Source: Candidatus Thorarchaeota archaeon (lineage in GTDB: Archaea > Asgardarchaeota > Thorarchaeia > Thorarchaeales > Thorarchaeaceae). From it: DNA of 64,000 bases. Each line of letters starts with the position of its first letter. Position 1 is the first letter of the stretch. The stretch spans positions 4,238-68,237 of the forward strand of contig JAUWOU010000004.1 of NCBI GenBank assembly GCA_030612005.1, given 5' to 3'. The notes below the pieces were generated by a model that searched no databases, was not told the origin of the DNA, and was given only the letters and a program-made list of their open reading frames with translations. The position numbers and the translations under genes are program-made. Below, piece by piece: positions 1-10,600 of this stretch.

Positions 1-1722
1 AGCATCCATCTGTTCTTCATAGGTATCCAAAGGAGTAATCTTCATCCGTGCGATATTATCCAAAACACTCAGGTCTAAGATTCTTTTTACTTGAACTCCC
101 ATTTTGACTGCTGCGGCCATCCTCTGTGTAAATCCAATGATGACTCTGAGCATTCGGTAGGTCTTACCAATAGGAGAGTATGTATCAATCTCATGAAGAG
201 CACTCTGAGTCAGAAAATCCTCCTTAATCATCCTAGCAGCTTCAAGGATGGCACGTTCAGACTCAGGAAGAGCGTCTGGTCCTACGAGCTGTACGATTTC
301 TCGTAGTTCCTGGTCTTTCTGCAAAAGTGCAAGAGACTCTTTAACTAATTCTGGCCAATCTTCGCCGAGATTTTCTATGTGCCATTTTTTCAATGTGCTA
401 TGATACAACGAATAACTAGTGAGTGTGTTAATAGCTGGGAAGAATCGTCTTGCGGCTAGGTCCTTATCTAATGCCCAAAATACCTTGACAATTCTCAATG
501 TTGCCTGAGTTACTGGTTCTGAAAAATCACCACCTGGAGGTGATACAGCTCCACAAATTGTGATTGAACCAAGTCTTTCATCAGAAGCCAGTGTCTTCAC
601 TCTACCACCACGTTCGTAAAATTGAGCAAGACGCGAACCAAGATATGCAGGATAACCTTCTTCTGAGGGTAGTTGACCAAGCCTTCCAGAAATTTCACGA
701 AGTGCCTCAGCCCATCGTGATGTGGAATCTGCCATGAGAGCAACATCGAACCCTTGGTCTCTGAAGTATTCTGCAATCGTAACTGCAACGTAAATTGATG
801 CCTCTCGAGCAGCTACTGGCATATTGGAAGTATTAGCTATCAGAACGGTACGTTCCATTAGCGGTCGTCCGGATTTTGGATCTTTCAAGCTAGGCCATTC
901 CTCAAGTGCCTCAGTCATTTCATTTCCTCGTTCCCCACAACCAACGTACACAACCACTTGAGCGTCTGCCCACTTAGCGAACTGGTGAAGGGTAACTGTC
1001 TTCCCTGTACCGAAACCTCCCGGAATTGCACCGGTACCTCCTTTTGCTTGGGGCATAAAAGTATCAATAACACGCTGTCCAGTCAATAGAGGTGTATCCA
1101 TCGGTGCGCGATCCTTGAATCCTCTACCTACTCTGACTGGAGTACGTTGCATCATAATAACATCATGAATATCACCATGACTATCTTTTACCTTGCAGAT
1201 TGTTTCAATTACTGTATATTCATCTTCAGAGGCGATTTCTACAACTTCACCCTGAACACCGACAGGAATCATGATCATTGTTGTGAGGATACCTGTTTCA
1301 GGTACTTTACCAATAATATCTCCTGGTGAAACCTTGGCGCCAACCTCAACTGAAGGTTTGAATTCCCATTTCTTCTCTTTGTTAAGTGCATCGACATTGA
1401 GTCCCCTTGAGATGAAATCACCAGACATTTCCCGTAGTTCAGGAAGTGGACGCTGAATGCCATCATAAATAGCTCCAAGAAGTCCAGGACCTAATTCAAC
1501 AGAAAGAGAATCTCCAGTACTTATCACGGGTTCTCCCGGTGCAAGACCAGAGGTTTCCTCATAGACCTGAGCTGTGAACTCCTTGTCACTTACCTCGATG
1601 ACCTCCCCAATCAGTTTTTGGGTCCCAACTCGTACTACTTCATACATTCGAACAGAAGGTAATCCAGAACATTTTACAACTGGGCCCGCAATGGTTTCAA
1701 TTCGTCCTGTCGATTCAGTCAT
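1..1722 (-). CDS. atpA: A/V-type ATP synthase subunit A, runs off the window edge (absent from ORF track)
   Basis: Minus-strand translation [17 protein letters not shown]..., Walker [33 protein letters not shown]; an alternative ATG exists at 1740. Confidence 0.95.
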   Translation of the reverse strand, partial: MTESTGRIETIAGPVVKCSGLPSVRMYEVVRVGTQKLIGEVIEVSDKEFTAQVYEETSGLAPGEPVISTGDSLSVELGPGLLGAIYDGIQRPLPELREMSGDFISRGLNVDALNKEKKWEFKPSVEVGAKVSPGDIIGKVPETGILTTMIMIPVGVQGEVVEIASEDEYTVIETICKVKDSHGDIHDVIMMQRTPVRVGRGFKDRAPMDTPLLTGQRVIDTFMPQAKGGTGAIPGGFGTGKTVTLHQFAKWADAQVVVYVGCGERGNEMTEALEEWPSLKDPKSGRPLMERTVLIANTSNMPVAAREASIYVAVTIAEYFRDQGFDVALMADSTSRWAEALREISGRLGQLPSEEGYPAYLGSRLAQFYERGGRVKTLASDERLGSITICGAVSPPGGDFSEPVTQATLRIVKVFWALDKDLAARRFFPAINTLTSYSLYHSTLKKWHIENLGEDWPELVKESLALLQKDQELREIVQLVGPDALPESERAILEAARMIKEDFLTQSALHEIDTYSPIGKTYRMLRVIIGFTQRMAAAVKMGVQVKRILDLSVLDNIARMKITPLDTYEEQMDA

Positions 1723-1747
1723 GGTTTGTATCTCCAACATTTTGCGA

Positions 1748-2068
1748 TTAGATATTGATCTCGATTCCCACAGCACGTCTAATAAGTTCCTTCAATATTG
1801 CTTCATAAGTACCAGTAGATCCAGTTCTATCTGAAATCAGTAAAATCACAGGTACAGGGGACTGTGAGAGTTCAACGACTGTGTCTTCCACCTCTTTAGC
1901 AAGAGGCTCCGTGATGATAATTAGCCCCATATTAGGGTCTCGAAAGAAGGAGAGCAGTAATTCTCTTGTTTCATTAGGAGATTTAGGAGTTGCACATTCA
2001 CTGACTCCGACTAATCGGAATCCTGTAACTGTATCTATATCACCAATGACAGCAATCTTATCAGACAT
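1748..2068 (-). CDS. atpF: A/V-type ATP synthase subunit F
   Basis: KIAVIGDIDTVTGFRLVGV ... LIRRAVG motifs; directly upstream of atpA. Confidence 0.93.
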   Translation of the reverse strand: MSDKIAVIGDIDTVTGFRLVGVSECATPKSPNETRELLLSFFRDPNMGLIIITEPLAKEVEDTVVELSQSPVPVILLISDRTGSTGTYEAILKELIRRAVGIEINI

Positions 2069-2157
2069 GAGACCATCCAACTAATTTTGACTTGCGCCTT
2101 GTTTCTAAGGTCTATTAAAAAGCATTTGGAAATTGACCGGTGACATGTTTCATCGTG

Positions 2158-2640
2158 TCAACTTGTAAACGCGGAGATTATGTGTCCTTCTTCAACGAGT
2201 GTCCAACAATATAGACATTTAAGCTGGATTGGCTTGTGTGATATGACTTGGTACTTGCTATGAATTGGCTCTCGTTCTTTATTGGTGACACATCTCTGAT
2301 TAGGACACTTCATGATATCAGTTAAAGTGTCTGGGAGCTCAATTTGGATCTTTTTAATTAGTTTATTGTCTTTGATTAGATTGATTGTTGCTCCGGGTGC
2401 AACAAGAGCAATTCGAGCTACTTCTTCGTCTTTGAGAAATCGATGTTCAACCTTAACAATGTCCTTCTTCTCAATCTTAGAGCTGCTTATGTTCATTGCC
2501 AGAGATACAACATGACCATCCTCACCAGTGATTCTTAGAATCTTAAGCACCTCTAGAGCCATTCCTGCCTTGATGTGGTCAATAACGGTTCCATTGTGAA
2601 TTTTCACAATTCTGATTTTATCGTCTCCAACTTCAGACAT
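2158..2640 (-). CDS. pyrI: Aspartate carbamoyltransferase regulatory subunit
   Basis: IHNGTVIDHI, KKDIVKVE, CPNQRCVT...CLYC zinc site. Confidence 0.95.
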   Translation of the reverse strand: MSEVGDDKIRIVKIHNGTVIDHIKAGMALEVLKILRITGEDGHVVSLAMNISSSKIEKKDIVKVEHRFLKDEEVARIALVAPGATINLIKDNKLIKKIQIELPDTLTDIMKCPNQRCVTNKEREPIHSKYQVISHKPIQLKCLYCWTLVEEGHIISAFTS

Positions 2641-2769
2641 ATCAAATCACGCGCAGGTCCGTCCTACTAATCACTCTTTTTTAGACTTTCCTCTTTTCAT
2701 TCTGAATATACAAAGGCGAAGGTTGATATGGACAGCATAGGAGCAGTCCCAGAAGACGGTGATACTGTT

Positions 2770-4116
2770 TTGGTTCTCGAAGGTCTTGGTAAATCACTTA
2801 ACTCGGCTCTGAAGAAACTCTTTGGTGCAAATGTCATTGACGAGGAATTGGTAAAGGAGCTTGTCAAAGACATACAACGAGCCCTGCTAGTAGCTGACGT
2901 CGATGTCAACCTTGTAATGGCAATCACTAAGAGAGTAGAAGAGCAGGCATTAGATGAAAACTTGCCTAGAGGAATTTCTCGACGAGAACATGTCATTCGT
3001 GTAGTCTGGGATACTCTTGCATTCTTTCTTGGAGAAAAAGCTGTACCACTGACCATCAATCCTGGGAAGCAAAATCTAGTAATGATGGTGGGTATTCAGG
3101 GTTCGGGAAAGACTACGACAATTGGAAAACTAGCCAGATACTATCAGAAGAGAGGGATTAAGACAGGGGTTATCTGTGCAGACAATTTCAGACCGGGAGC
3201 ATATAATCAGTTGATGCAGCTAGCTGAGAAATCAAACGTACCTTTTTGGGGTGATGAGGACGAGAAAGATGCAGTCAAGCTAGCGAAGAAAGGATTCAAA
3301 GAGATGAAGAAGAAGGGCATTGAATTAATTCTCTTGGATACTTCAGGTCGCCATAAAGAGGAAAAAAGTCTCATAAAGGAGATGCGTGATATCTCCAAAT
3401 CTGTTAAACCCCAAGAGATTATTCTTGTTATTGATGGTACTCTGGGACAACAGGCAGGAGTTCAGGCAGAAGCATTTCGTAAAGCAACTCAGATTGGATC
3501 AATCATAATTACAAAATTAGACGGTAGTGCAAAAGGTGGCGGAGCAATATCCGCAATAGCAGCAACGAAGGCACCAATCAAGTTCATTGGTCTGGGAGAA
3601 GGAATGGATGCAATAGAACCTTTCAATCCAACCAAATTTGCTGGTCGTCTACTTGGAATGTCAGACATTGGAGGCTTAATTGAAAAAGTCAAAGAGGCTG
3701 AAATCGAGGTTGAAGATGACGTTATGAAGCGTATCATGAAGGGACAATTCACTCTGAAGGATATGATGGCTCAACTCAACCAATTGAAGAAAATGGGTCC
3801 AATTGGAAAAGTGATGGAAATGCTTGGTCTCCAGTATAAACTTCCAGAAGGTATGGCTGAGGTTCAAGAGGAGAACATGAAGAAATGGGAAGTTATCATG
3901 AACTCCATGACAAAGGAAGAGATGGAAGAGCCCAAACTCATCAAAGCAGCAAGAGTCAAACGTATTGCTAAGGGTTCAGGTACATCTTTGAAGGATGTGA
4001 GAGACCTCCTAAAACAATACGACCAAATGAAGAAAATGATGAAACAGATGGGAAAACAACGTCGTGGAAGGAAAGGAGGCATTCCAGGTCTTCCAGGCGG
4101 TCTACCGGGAATGTAA
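2770..4116 (+). CDS. srp54: Signal recognition particle protein Srp54
   Basis: GIQGSGKTTT, DTSGRH, TKLDGSAKGGG, Met-rich M domain; TTG start at 2770 after GGTGA preferred over 2728. Confidence 0.96.
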   Translation: MVLEGLGKSLNSALKKLFGANVIDEELVKELVKDIQRALLVADVDVNLVMAITKRVEEQALDENLPRGISRREHVIRVVWDTLAFFLGEKAVPLTINPGKQNLVMMVGIQGSGKTTTIGKLARYYQKRGIKTGVICADNFRPGAYNQLMQLAEKSNVPFWGDEDEKDAVKLAKKGFKEMKKKGIELILLDTSGRHKEEKSLIKEMRDISKSVKPQEIILVIDGTLGQQAGVQAEAFRKATQIGSIIITKLDGSAKGGGAISAIAATKAPIKFIGLGEGMDAIEPFNPTKFAGRLLGMSDIGGLIEKVKEAEIEVEDDVMKRIMKGQFTLKDMMAQLNQLKKMGPIGKVMEMLGLQYKLPEGMAEVQEENMKKWEVIMNSMTKEEMEEPKLIKAARVKRIAKGSGTSLKDVRDLLKQYDQMKKMMKQMGKQRRGRKGGIPGLPGGLPGM

Positions 4117-4128
4117 ACTGGAATTGGG

Positions 4129-4710
4129 ATGACAATGCGACATTTCCTGATCCTATTTGATGACATTCCTATTGACAAGATATCAGTAAAATCAGGCAAT
4201 AATTCTCCTGAAGTTATCACAGCAGCAAGATGTGTGAATGTAGGACTTTTCATTTCAGGAAATCTACGAAGAGATGTAGTAGTATCTCTAGCTAAAGGAA
4301 CGCCGGATGACTTGAAACTCATCTCATTCCCAGGAGCTAGTCTGAAACGTGTTTCACCTGATGAACGATCAATCTCGTTCTTTCTAATGAAAGCCATTTC
4401 AATTGCTGATGGGTTATTGATGGATTCTTTTGAAATAATGGATAATGGGATTGAAGTGAGAAGATTTAACTTGAAGAATTTCTTCGAATCACTAAATCCC
4501 GATAGAGTCTATATATCAACCTCAGAGATTTCCTCTAACACCATAAATGTTACAGAGTATGAAAATTCACTACTAATCTACTCCATTGGAAAACAATTCG
4601 AATCATTACAAGCAGATGGCAAATGGACACAAGTAGAGCTACCCCATTTTCCACATCCAGAGAGATTCATTCTGGATGTCAATATGATAGTAGACAGAAC
4701 CTCTTCTTGA
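4129..4710 (+). CDS. TrmY-like SPOUT methyltransferase, divergent C-terminus
   Basis: ARCV..LFIS..LRRDV and LKRVSPDERSI match the TrmY N-terminal half; C-terminal SAM-binding motifs not recognisable. Confidence 0.65.
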   Translation: MTMRHFLILFDDIPIDKISVKSGNNSPEVITAARCVNVGLFISGNLRRDVVVSLAKGTPDDLKLISFPGASLKRVSPDERSISFFLMKAISIADGLLMDSFEIMDNGIEVRRFNLKNFFESLNPDRVYISTSEISSNTINVTEYENSLLIYSIGKQFESLQADGKWTQVELPHFPHPERFILDVNMIVDRTSS

Positions 4711-4737
4711 ACACGAAGAAAGCTTCATAAAAACCCA

Positions 4738-5148
4738 TACCTTACAATTGTGAGTGAACTGTAAGAGACTCCTGTGTTCCACCTTTCTCACGACTGCTGT
4801 CGCCAGCATCTGAAAGACCTGAGTCATCCAAAGAGTCGCAAGCTTTGCCCCTCTTCACTGGAACATCGTTCCTCCGATGGGACTTGGCTTCTGTCCGCTG
4901 CATTGACTCACACGCACCAGTAGGTGTGATAGCAGTCGGTGTTTCCACAGCATTTACCATGGCAGGGTCTTCACTCCTCGCAAACGACTCAAGAGTCGCC
5001 TGGTCATAGGGGTCGGCCACGGACTCCCCTTTCAAGGCTGGTGTCCTCTGGGGGAGTGCGGACTTCCCATGAGAAGAACGAGTCTTCCTCCGGGCTTTCA
5101 GTATGGCTCTATCTCTAGGAGTGAGCCACATCCCTAGTCCGTTCTCAT
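4738..5148 (-). ncRNA. Putative long omegaRNA/reRNA overlapping the tnpB 3' end
   Basis: Collinear homology and compensatory pairing with the stand-alone copy at 25597-26050; position typical of TnpB reRNA; ends approximate. Confidence 0.7.
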
Positions 5149-6478
5149 TTCTCAGTGAAGGAATGAGCATAATAAGGCGCTTTCCAATGTTGATGGCGCC
5201 ATTCAGGTCGGCGTTCAGTTTTTGTCCACAGGTGGTACAGATGAAGAGGTTCTGTCTGGGTCTCTGTCCCTTGTGTCCACACTTGTGACACATGATTGAC
5301 GTCCATTGCTCAGGGACTGCCTTGAACTTTTTGGGGTTGAATCCAAGGGATGTAAGCTTGTGTTCTAATTTATCACGGACTCTCGCAAAGGCCCAGCGAT
5401 GGATCATCCCTCTGTACCTTCGTCCTCTATAGTTACCTTTTCGAGCAGTATTCCTGATTCCCTTCAGTTTCCCAATTGACACATAGAGGTCATATTGCCT
5501 AGTCATCTCTCTGATGTAAGCAGAGATATCTTTCACAAGCTTCTTGTCATGTTCTTTACTGACACGTTCGCGCTTTCCACTTAATTCCCTAAGCTGGGCA
5601 GTTGCTCTATCAGGATTTCCACCCTTGGTAATGAGTTGTTCCTTCTCTCGTTGAAGGGAAGAAACTCTCTCATCCAAGTTTTTCATACGCTGGAGCTTGT
5701 CTGGCTGTTTCCAGTATCGAATCTGCCTGTAGCCCTTCCTTGTGAGAAGGACTGAACATGCAGCCTTGTTAATCCCAAGGTCGATGGACAATACAGCAGG
5801 GGGTTTTCCAGTAGAATCGATTTTCTCAACAGCGAGAGTCACCGTGAAGATAGCCCACCACTTCCGACGAGAATCCTTGAATATTCGGACTGTCTTGACC
5901 TCCCCCTCTTTCATCCGATTGAGATGGAAGGAGGAGATGGAGAGGGGAATCATGAGTTTGTCGTGACGCTTTCTCTCTTCAGAAACTGAATCCAAAGAAT
6001 CTCTAAGCTTCAACCAGTGACGAATCTCAAGATTTGGATTATAAACCAACTTGAAACGTTTGTTAAAAGCAAAGCGTGGGATCTTCCGTGTGGAATATCC
6101 CCTAGTACGTAATGGCTTTGCACCACCCCGTTCAAGATAGCTCTGCCACATGGCAATAGCTGTATCTCGACACTCCTGAAACTCATTTACAGAGATGTTT
6201 GGAAACCTAACTTTGAAGTCATGAGGTACATAACTTCGGTCCGCCTTTCCTTTAGAAGCAGTCAGGGTGAGTTCTTCCAATTTTGAGGTGTCAATTCTCG
6301 TTCGTTTCTTACCTGTCAGTAACTCTTCTTCACACCTTTCAATCACTCCTAGATACGCCTTGATGACTCTACTATCTCTACCAGTTATCCGGTTGAGGCG
6401 AGTCTTCTGATTATCAGTCATCGAGTCCCATCTGATTGGAACCTTCACACTGATTATTGTACCCTTGGAGCGACCCAT
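4742..6478 (-). CDS. tnpB: Divergent TnpB-family RNA-guided endonuclease with rearranged RuvC and ~135-aa tail overlapping its RNA
   Basis: RuvC-I SIDLG, Zn ribbon CHKC...CTTC, RuvC-III NADLNGAINI; RuvC-II reads VSIGKL, with PEQWTS downstream. Confidence 0.85.
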   Translation of the reverse strand: MGRSKGTIISVKVPIRWDSMTDNQKTRLNRITGRDSRVIKAYLGVIERCEEELLTGKKRTRIDTSKLEELTLTASKGKADRSYVPHDFKVRFPNISVNEFQECRDTAIAMWQSYLERGGAKPLRTRGYSTRKIPRFAFNKRFKLVYNPNLEIRHWLKLRDSLDSVSEERKRHDKLMIPLSISSFHLNRMKEGEVKTVRIFKDSRRKWWAIFTVTLAVEKIDSTGKPPAVLSIDLGINKAACSVLLTRKGYRQIRYWKQPDKLQRMKNLDERVSSLQREKEQLITKGGNPDRATAQLRELSGKRERVSKEHDKKLVKDISAYIREMTRQYDLYVSIGKLKGIRNTARKGNYRGRRYRGMIHRWAFARVRDKLEHKLTSLGFNPKKFKAVPEQWTSIMCHKCGHKGQRPRQNLFICTTCGQKLNADLNGAINIGKRLIMLIPSLRNENGLGMWLTPRDRAILKARRKTRSSHGKSALPQRTPALKGESVADPYDQATLESFARSEDPAMVNAVETPTAITPTGACESMQRTEAKSHRRNDVPVKRGKACDSLDDSGLSDAGDSSREKGGTQESLTVHSQL

Positions 6479-6865
6479 TCATTTCACCTGAGCTGATTTA
6501 AACTTCTGACCTTTCTCTTTCGAGTTCACTCCCATCTTTGTTCCCAAGAGTGGTTATGTACTCGTACTATTTTCTATTACATTAACTGATTTAAACTTAT
6601 GAAGCAAAAATACAAATTGACCTGATTCTCTTAACTAATAGAAAATAATACACTAAACGTATTGCAAACAAATTATAATTACTTATAAATAAGCGTACAT
6701 ACTACTAACTGCCTTGGTGGAACCCAAAATGAAGGAAATATGGTGTTTTCTGGATCATACAGGATGGTTCAGAAGTGTATTAGAAGCCAATAGATTCACC
6801 TTATGGAACGAGGTAATTCTTGAACTACAGGAATATGGGGTCCACCCCAGTAAAGATGCTAAAAT

Positions 6866-6947
6866 ATTATGTACGTCCGTACATAATAAACAAATTTCTA
6901 TGTACGTGTGTACAGAGTGTACCGATTTTTCTGTACAACCGTACAGA
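6866..6947. promoter_or_regulatory. Three TGTAC-N4-GTACA palindromes at 31-bp period
   Basis: 6870-6883 TGTACGTCCGTACA, 6901-6914 TGTACGTGTGTACA, 6932-6945 TGTACAACCGTACA, just before GAGGAGGT RBS-like sequence. Confidence 0.7.
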
Positions 6948-6961
6948 GGAGGTATGAATCA

Positions 6962-7618
6962 ATGACTACAACACAATTAGAGACCCATCCCCCTCTAGAT
7001 GATATTCAAGAGTTCAGAAGATCCGAGTCAAACACAATCTACATCAAGAGCCCAATCGTGCAAGGAGTAGCTGGACTATTGATTGGTTCTGTCTGGCGTG
7101 TGGACTATTCTGATAGATCAATACGTCTACTTAATTCTAATCTCATATCACATCATGAGAAGGTTCCTCTTACTCCGTTTTCCATCCCTGATAGACATCT
7201 CCGTGCTGTTCGAAAGATTGGGGCGGCATTGTTCAATGTGCGACGATTTGATAGACTATTCCTTATTGACAAGACTGTTTCATCAATAGGGTATGTCGTC
7301 AATCGAGATGACGAAACTCGTCTGTTTGTAGACCGCACAGATGCTGAGTTGTATGTTTCCCAGATAGGTGAAGGCGCAGAGATAGTGACCCAACCACTAA
7401 CGAAGAAGACAACCCGTAATGCTCAGAGGAATAGTGCAGAGATTCGGACTGAGATGCTTCGACTGATGACTCAGTTCATGACCGGGACGGGTGCATTGAG
7501 GCAACTCAAGACCCTGAAAGAAAGAGGGGTAGACCCCAAAGAACTAGAGAAGATCTGGTGTGATGCACATGAACAAGACAATATCCCAGCTATCCTTGGG
7601 ACGTTCCTCTACGAGTAA
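6962..7618 (+). CDS. Hypothetical protein (~218 aa), first gene of a two-gene unit
   Basis: Open frame, RBS-like GAGGAGGT at ~6946, ATG at 6962; no recognisable motif. Confidence 0.7.
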   Translation: MTTTQLETHPPLDDIQEFRRSESNTIYIKSPIVQGVAGLLIGSVWRVDYSDRSIRLLNSNLISHHEKVPLTPFSIPDRHLRAVRKIGAALFNVRRFDRLFLIDKTVSSIGYVVNRDDETRLFVDRTDAELYVSQIGEGAEIVTQPLTKKTTRNAQRNSAEIRTEMLRLMTQFMTGTGALRQLKTLKERGVDPKELEKIWCDAHEQDNIPAILGTFLYE

Positions 7619-10600
7619 GGAACAGAAAATCCTAGGTATGAGGATGGTTCCGGCGCAGCCTGCAAAGGTCCTAGCTAATTCCATCTACGCAGGTTTAGCA
7701 GCTCTTGTCAGGCTTGCAGAACGACGCGTGACAAAGGACCCTGAGGTCATCCGTCTGTTCAATGAGATCAAGCAGATGTGGAAAGAAGCATGTGCCGAGT
7801 ATAAGCGATTGAAGAAGATGGGAATCCCTGACTTTTCACTGATTTTGAACATTGAGCATAATATGAGAAAGAACTACCTTGGGATGCTATGGTACAGTAC
7901 ACGACCCTTTGGAAACACAGAATACAAGCGAGTCTATCGATGGAGAGAAGGGACCATCGGACCACTCAATGAACTCCTCAACTATGCAGGGGCAGAACTG
8001 AGGAGTGTCGCAGCCAAATACTACAGCTTCCCTTTGGTGCAATATTATCAGGTCAGAGAACTTTCAGACAAAAGGGTGGATTTTGTCCACAAGAGCGTTG
8101 CACCGAAGTATCCTCCAGAGAAGGGAGTGAAGGTCTCGTGGACAGCAGCTTATCCAGGGAACTCAAAGCATCCTCTTGTCCGTGTTAGACACTCCACCCT
8201 TCCGGAGATGGACTTTATTGACATGATACGAGCTCATGTGATCGAGCTGGTCCGTCAGTGTTTCATACATAATGTTCCAAAGATGGCCTCCAGGAGGTAT
8301 ATTCGACTCCTCATCTATAGACTGCAACCCTTCCTGGACTGGGTGTATACTGATAGAGCTCAGGGGCGAGGAAAGTTCTGGCCAGATGCAGACAAGGTCC
8401 TTCGTGAGATGGTCCTTGAGGTGCGAGCAAGATACAGCAGGCGCTTAGGAAGGACTCCACGACTCACCCATCAGATTGAGTCTGGTTCAAGGAAACCCTC
8501 GATGGCGGACATAGTGACTCAGATCAACAAAGCCTACAGACAGGACACTTCCAAAAAGATGAAGCAGACTACCAGTGAACTTCTGAAGTTGATGGGTTAT
8601 TCTGTAGATAAGAAGAGAAAGACACTCACACTGAGAGCAGACACCTCACCTGCCATGAAAAAAGCACTTACAAAAATTGCTAAAGATATGAAGTACAAAA
8701 CCAGAGAGGTCAAGGAGTTCAAAGAACCTATCAAATCTGCCCTTACTGATGATGATGCACAGGACCTCTATGATAATATCCTCAGTCTGAGCCAGCGAGA
8801 GGGGAATGACTGGCATAGAGTACTCTTTGGAGATATGTTCCACCCCTCATCCCTGCGACAGCTTGTCTATGCTGGGGACAAATTTCTGGATGATACATCG
8901 GAATACTTGATCGCAGCTGAGGTCCCTGTGAAGAGTATCTCTGGGAGTGGACAGGCAGATATTGTGGTGTCAGTACGACGGTCCGTTGTTGGAGAAATTC
9001 TATACACCCCGATCGTGACGTTTGATGTCAAGACAAAGACTGGAATAAACTGGACTATGCGCGGAAAGCAACCGCGAACGAAGAAGGAAGACTCGCGGAT
9101 TCCAGGGCTTGTTGTTCGAAAGCGAGCATTGACTTCCACTGAGTGGTCTCGAATAGTCAATAGTACACCTAGCCCCACAGAACTCTCACAACTCCAGAGC
9201 TATGAGTCTGGTCTGCTAGAAGAGTATAGGGAATTGGTGAAGCAAGATCCAGACCACCCTAAGACCCTCTGGAAGGGAATCGTGCTATTGGACAGTGATG
9301 AGGACCGTGAAACTCTATTCACCCTCCTACCGGAACTTGTGAAATCAGTCATCAGCGACCTGAAGACTGGTCCATCCCCAGACGGACGGACCCTGTACAC
9401 ACTGAATTCACAAGGAGTTAAAAAAAGAGGGCAGTATAAGTTTGGCATAGTCTTGCTTCCAGCACTGGGACCGCACCATCTGCTTAAGCAGGCAATACCC
9501 ATTGAATCTATCATTGAAGATGATCCCTTCAGAAACAGGGTCAAGGATGATGTCCACTTCACCCTGTATCTGACAGTTCCCTCTGGAGGGTCTTCTGGTG
9601 AGTCTGCAGCATGGATATCGCGCAACTGGCATCTTTTACACTATCTGTCTGACCTTAGAGAAACCTCTGAAAGACAGAATATCAAGTGGTTAGATCTGAC
9701 TGGGGTACTCGCAGAGAGCGGTGTACGTCTTCAACGACTCCGTCTCGTTGGAGACCAGAAGCCCAGGAAGTTATCAAGAAGAAGGTTGGAATCCCTCCAA
9801 CAGCTAACAGAAGAGATTGAATTCCATGACCTCAGTAGCAATCTCAAGGAGTACTTCTTCTCGGATGCTACCACTGCCATTGAGGAGCTTGAAGCACAGA
9901 TAAGAGAGTGTATACAGCAGGCATCAGATGAGAGGTCTATTATCGTCGTAGATGGATGGCCCCAGCTTCGTAATATCATCCCCTCTCACATGGACTCATT
10001 ATTGAAGACCTTAGAACATAGGATCATCGAGTGGCTGCCAAAGGAAGATGCAGAGGTCATCTGGCTTGATAGACCAGTTCCTGTCCCGATACTGTCTGCT
10101 ACCTATCAGTTGCACAGGATGACTCCCCTACCTCACGACTCACCCAGATGGTTTCTCCTTGATGAGGTCATATGGAACCTCCCGACCTCTCCCCGAAATT
10201 TTGGATGGAGAACCCCTCGAAGGGAGGACATCAGGGTCATTGCACAGGACACTCCTACCTCGAATAAGCCAAGGGTGCTATCCTTCGGAGTTCCACACTT
10301 GAAGGGGTGGGCACGACGGTTTCGAGCAGACTCTAAGAGAGAGCGGACGGTTTCAGTGGATGAGGTGTTTGGTGATAATGAAACCTATGGGCGTGCGTTC
10401 TACTCTGCATCGTATGTAAAGGTCGGTCTTGGCTCTAGAAAGATCATACTTGATGATATCTACAAGTTAGTACCCAGTCTGAGTAGAGTCCGTGATACAC
10501 AGAAGGGGTCTTCAGATGAATCATCGAAGAATAATTCTCAATCAAAGTATAGAGTGAAGAGACAGATTCTTGGAAAGACCTCATCCTCTAGGGGAATCTG

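Noticed and set aside
6866-6947. CRISPR mini-array
   Set aside because: The 31-bp period is too short for repeat plus spacer, and no cas genes are present; no CRISPR array was seen anywhere in the window
6714-6965. 83-aa ORF
   Set aside because: Lies in an AT-rich divergent promoter region and runs over the palindrome array; its Cys residues come from the TGTAC repeats
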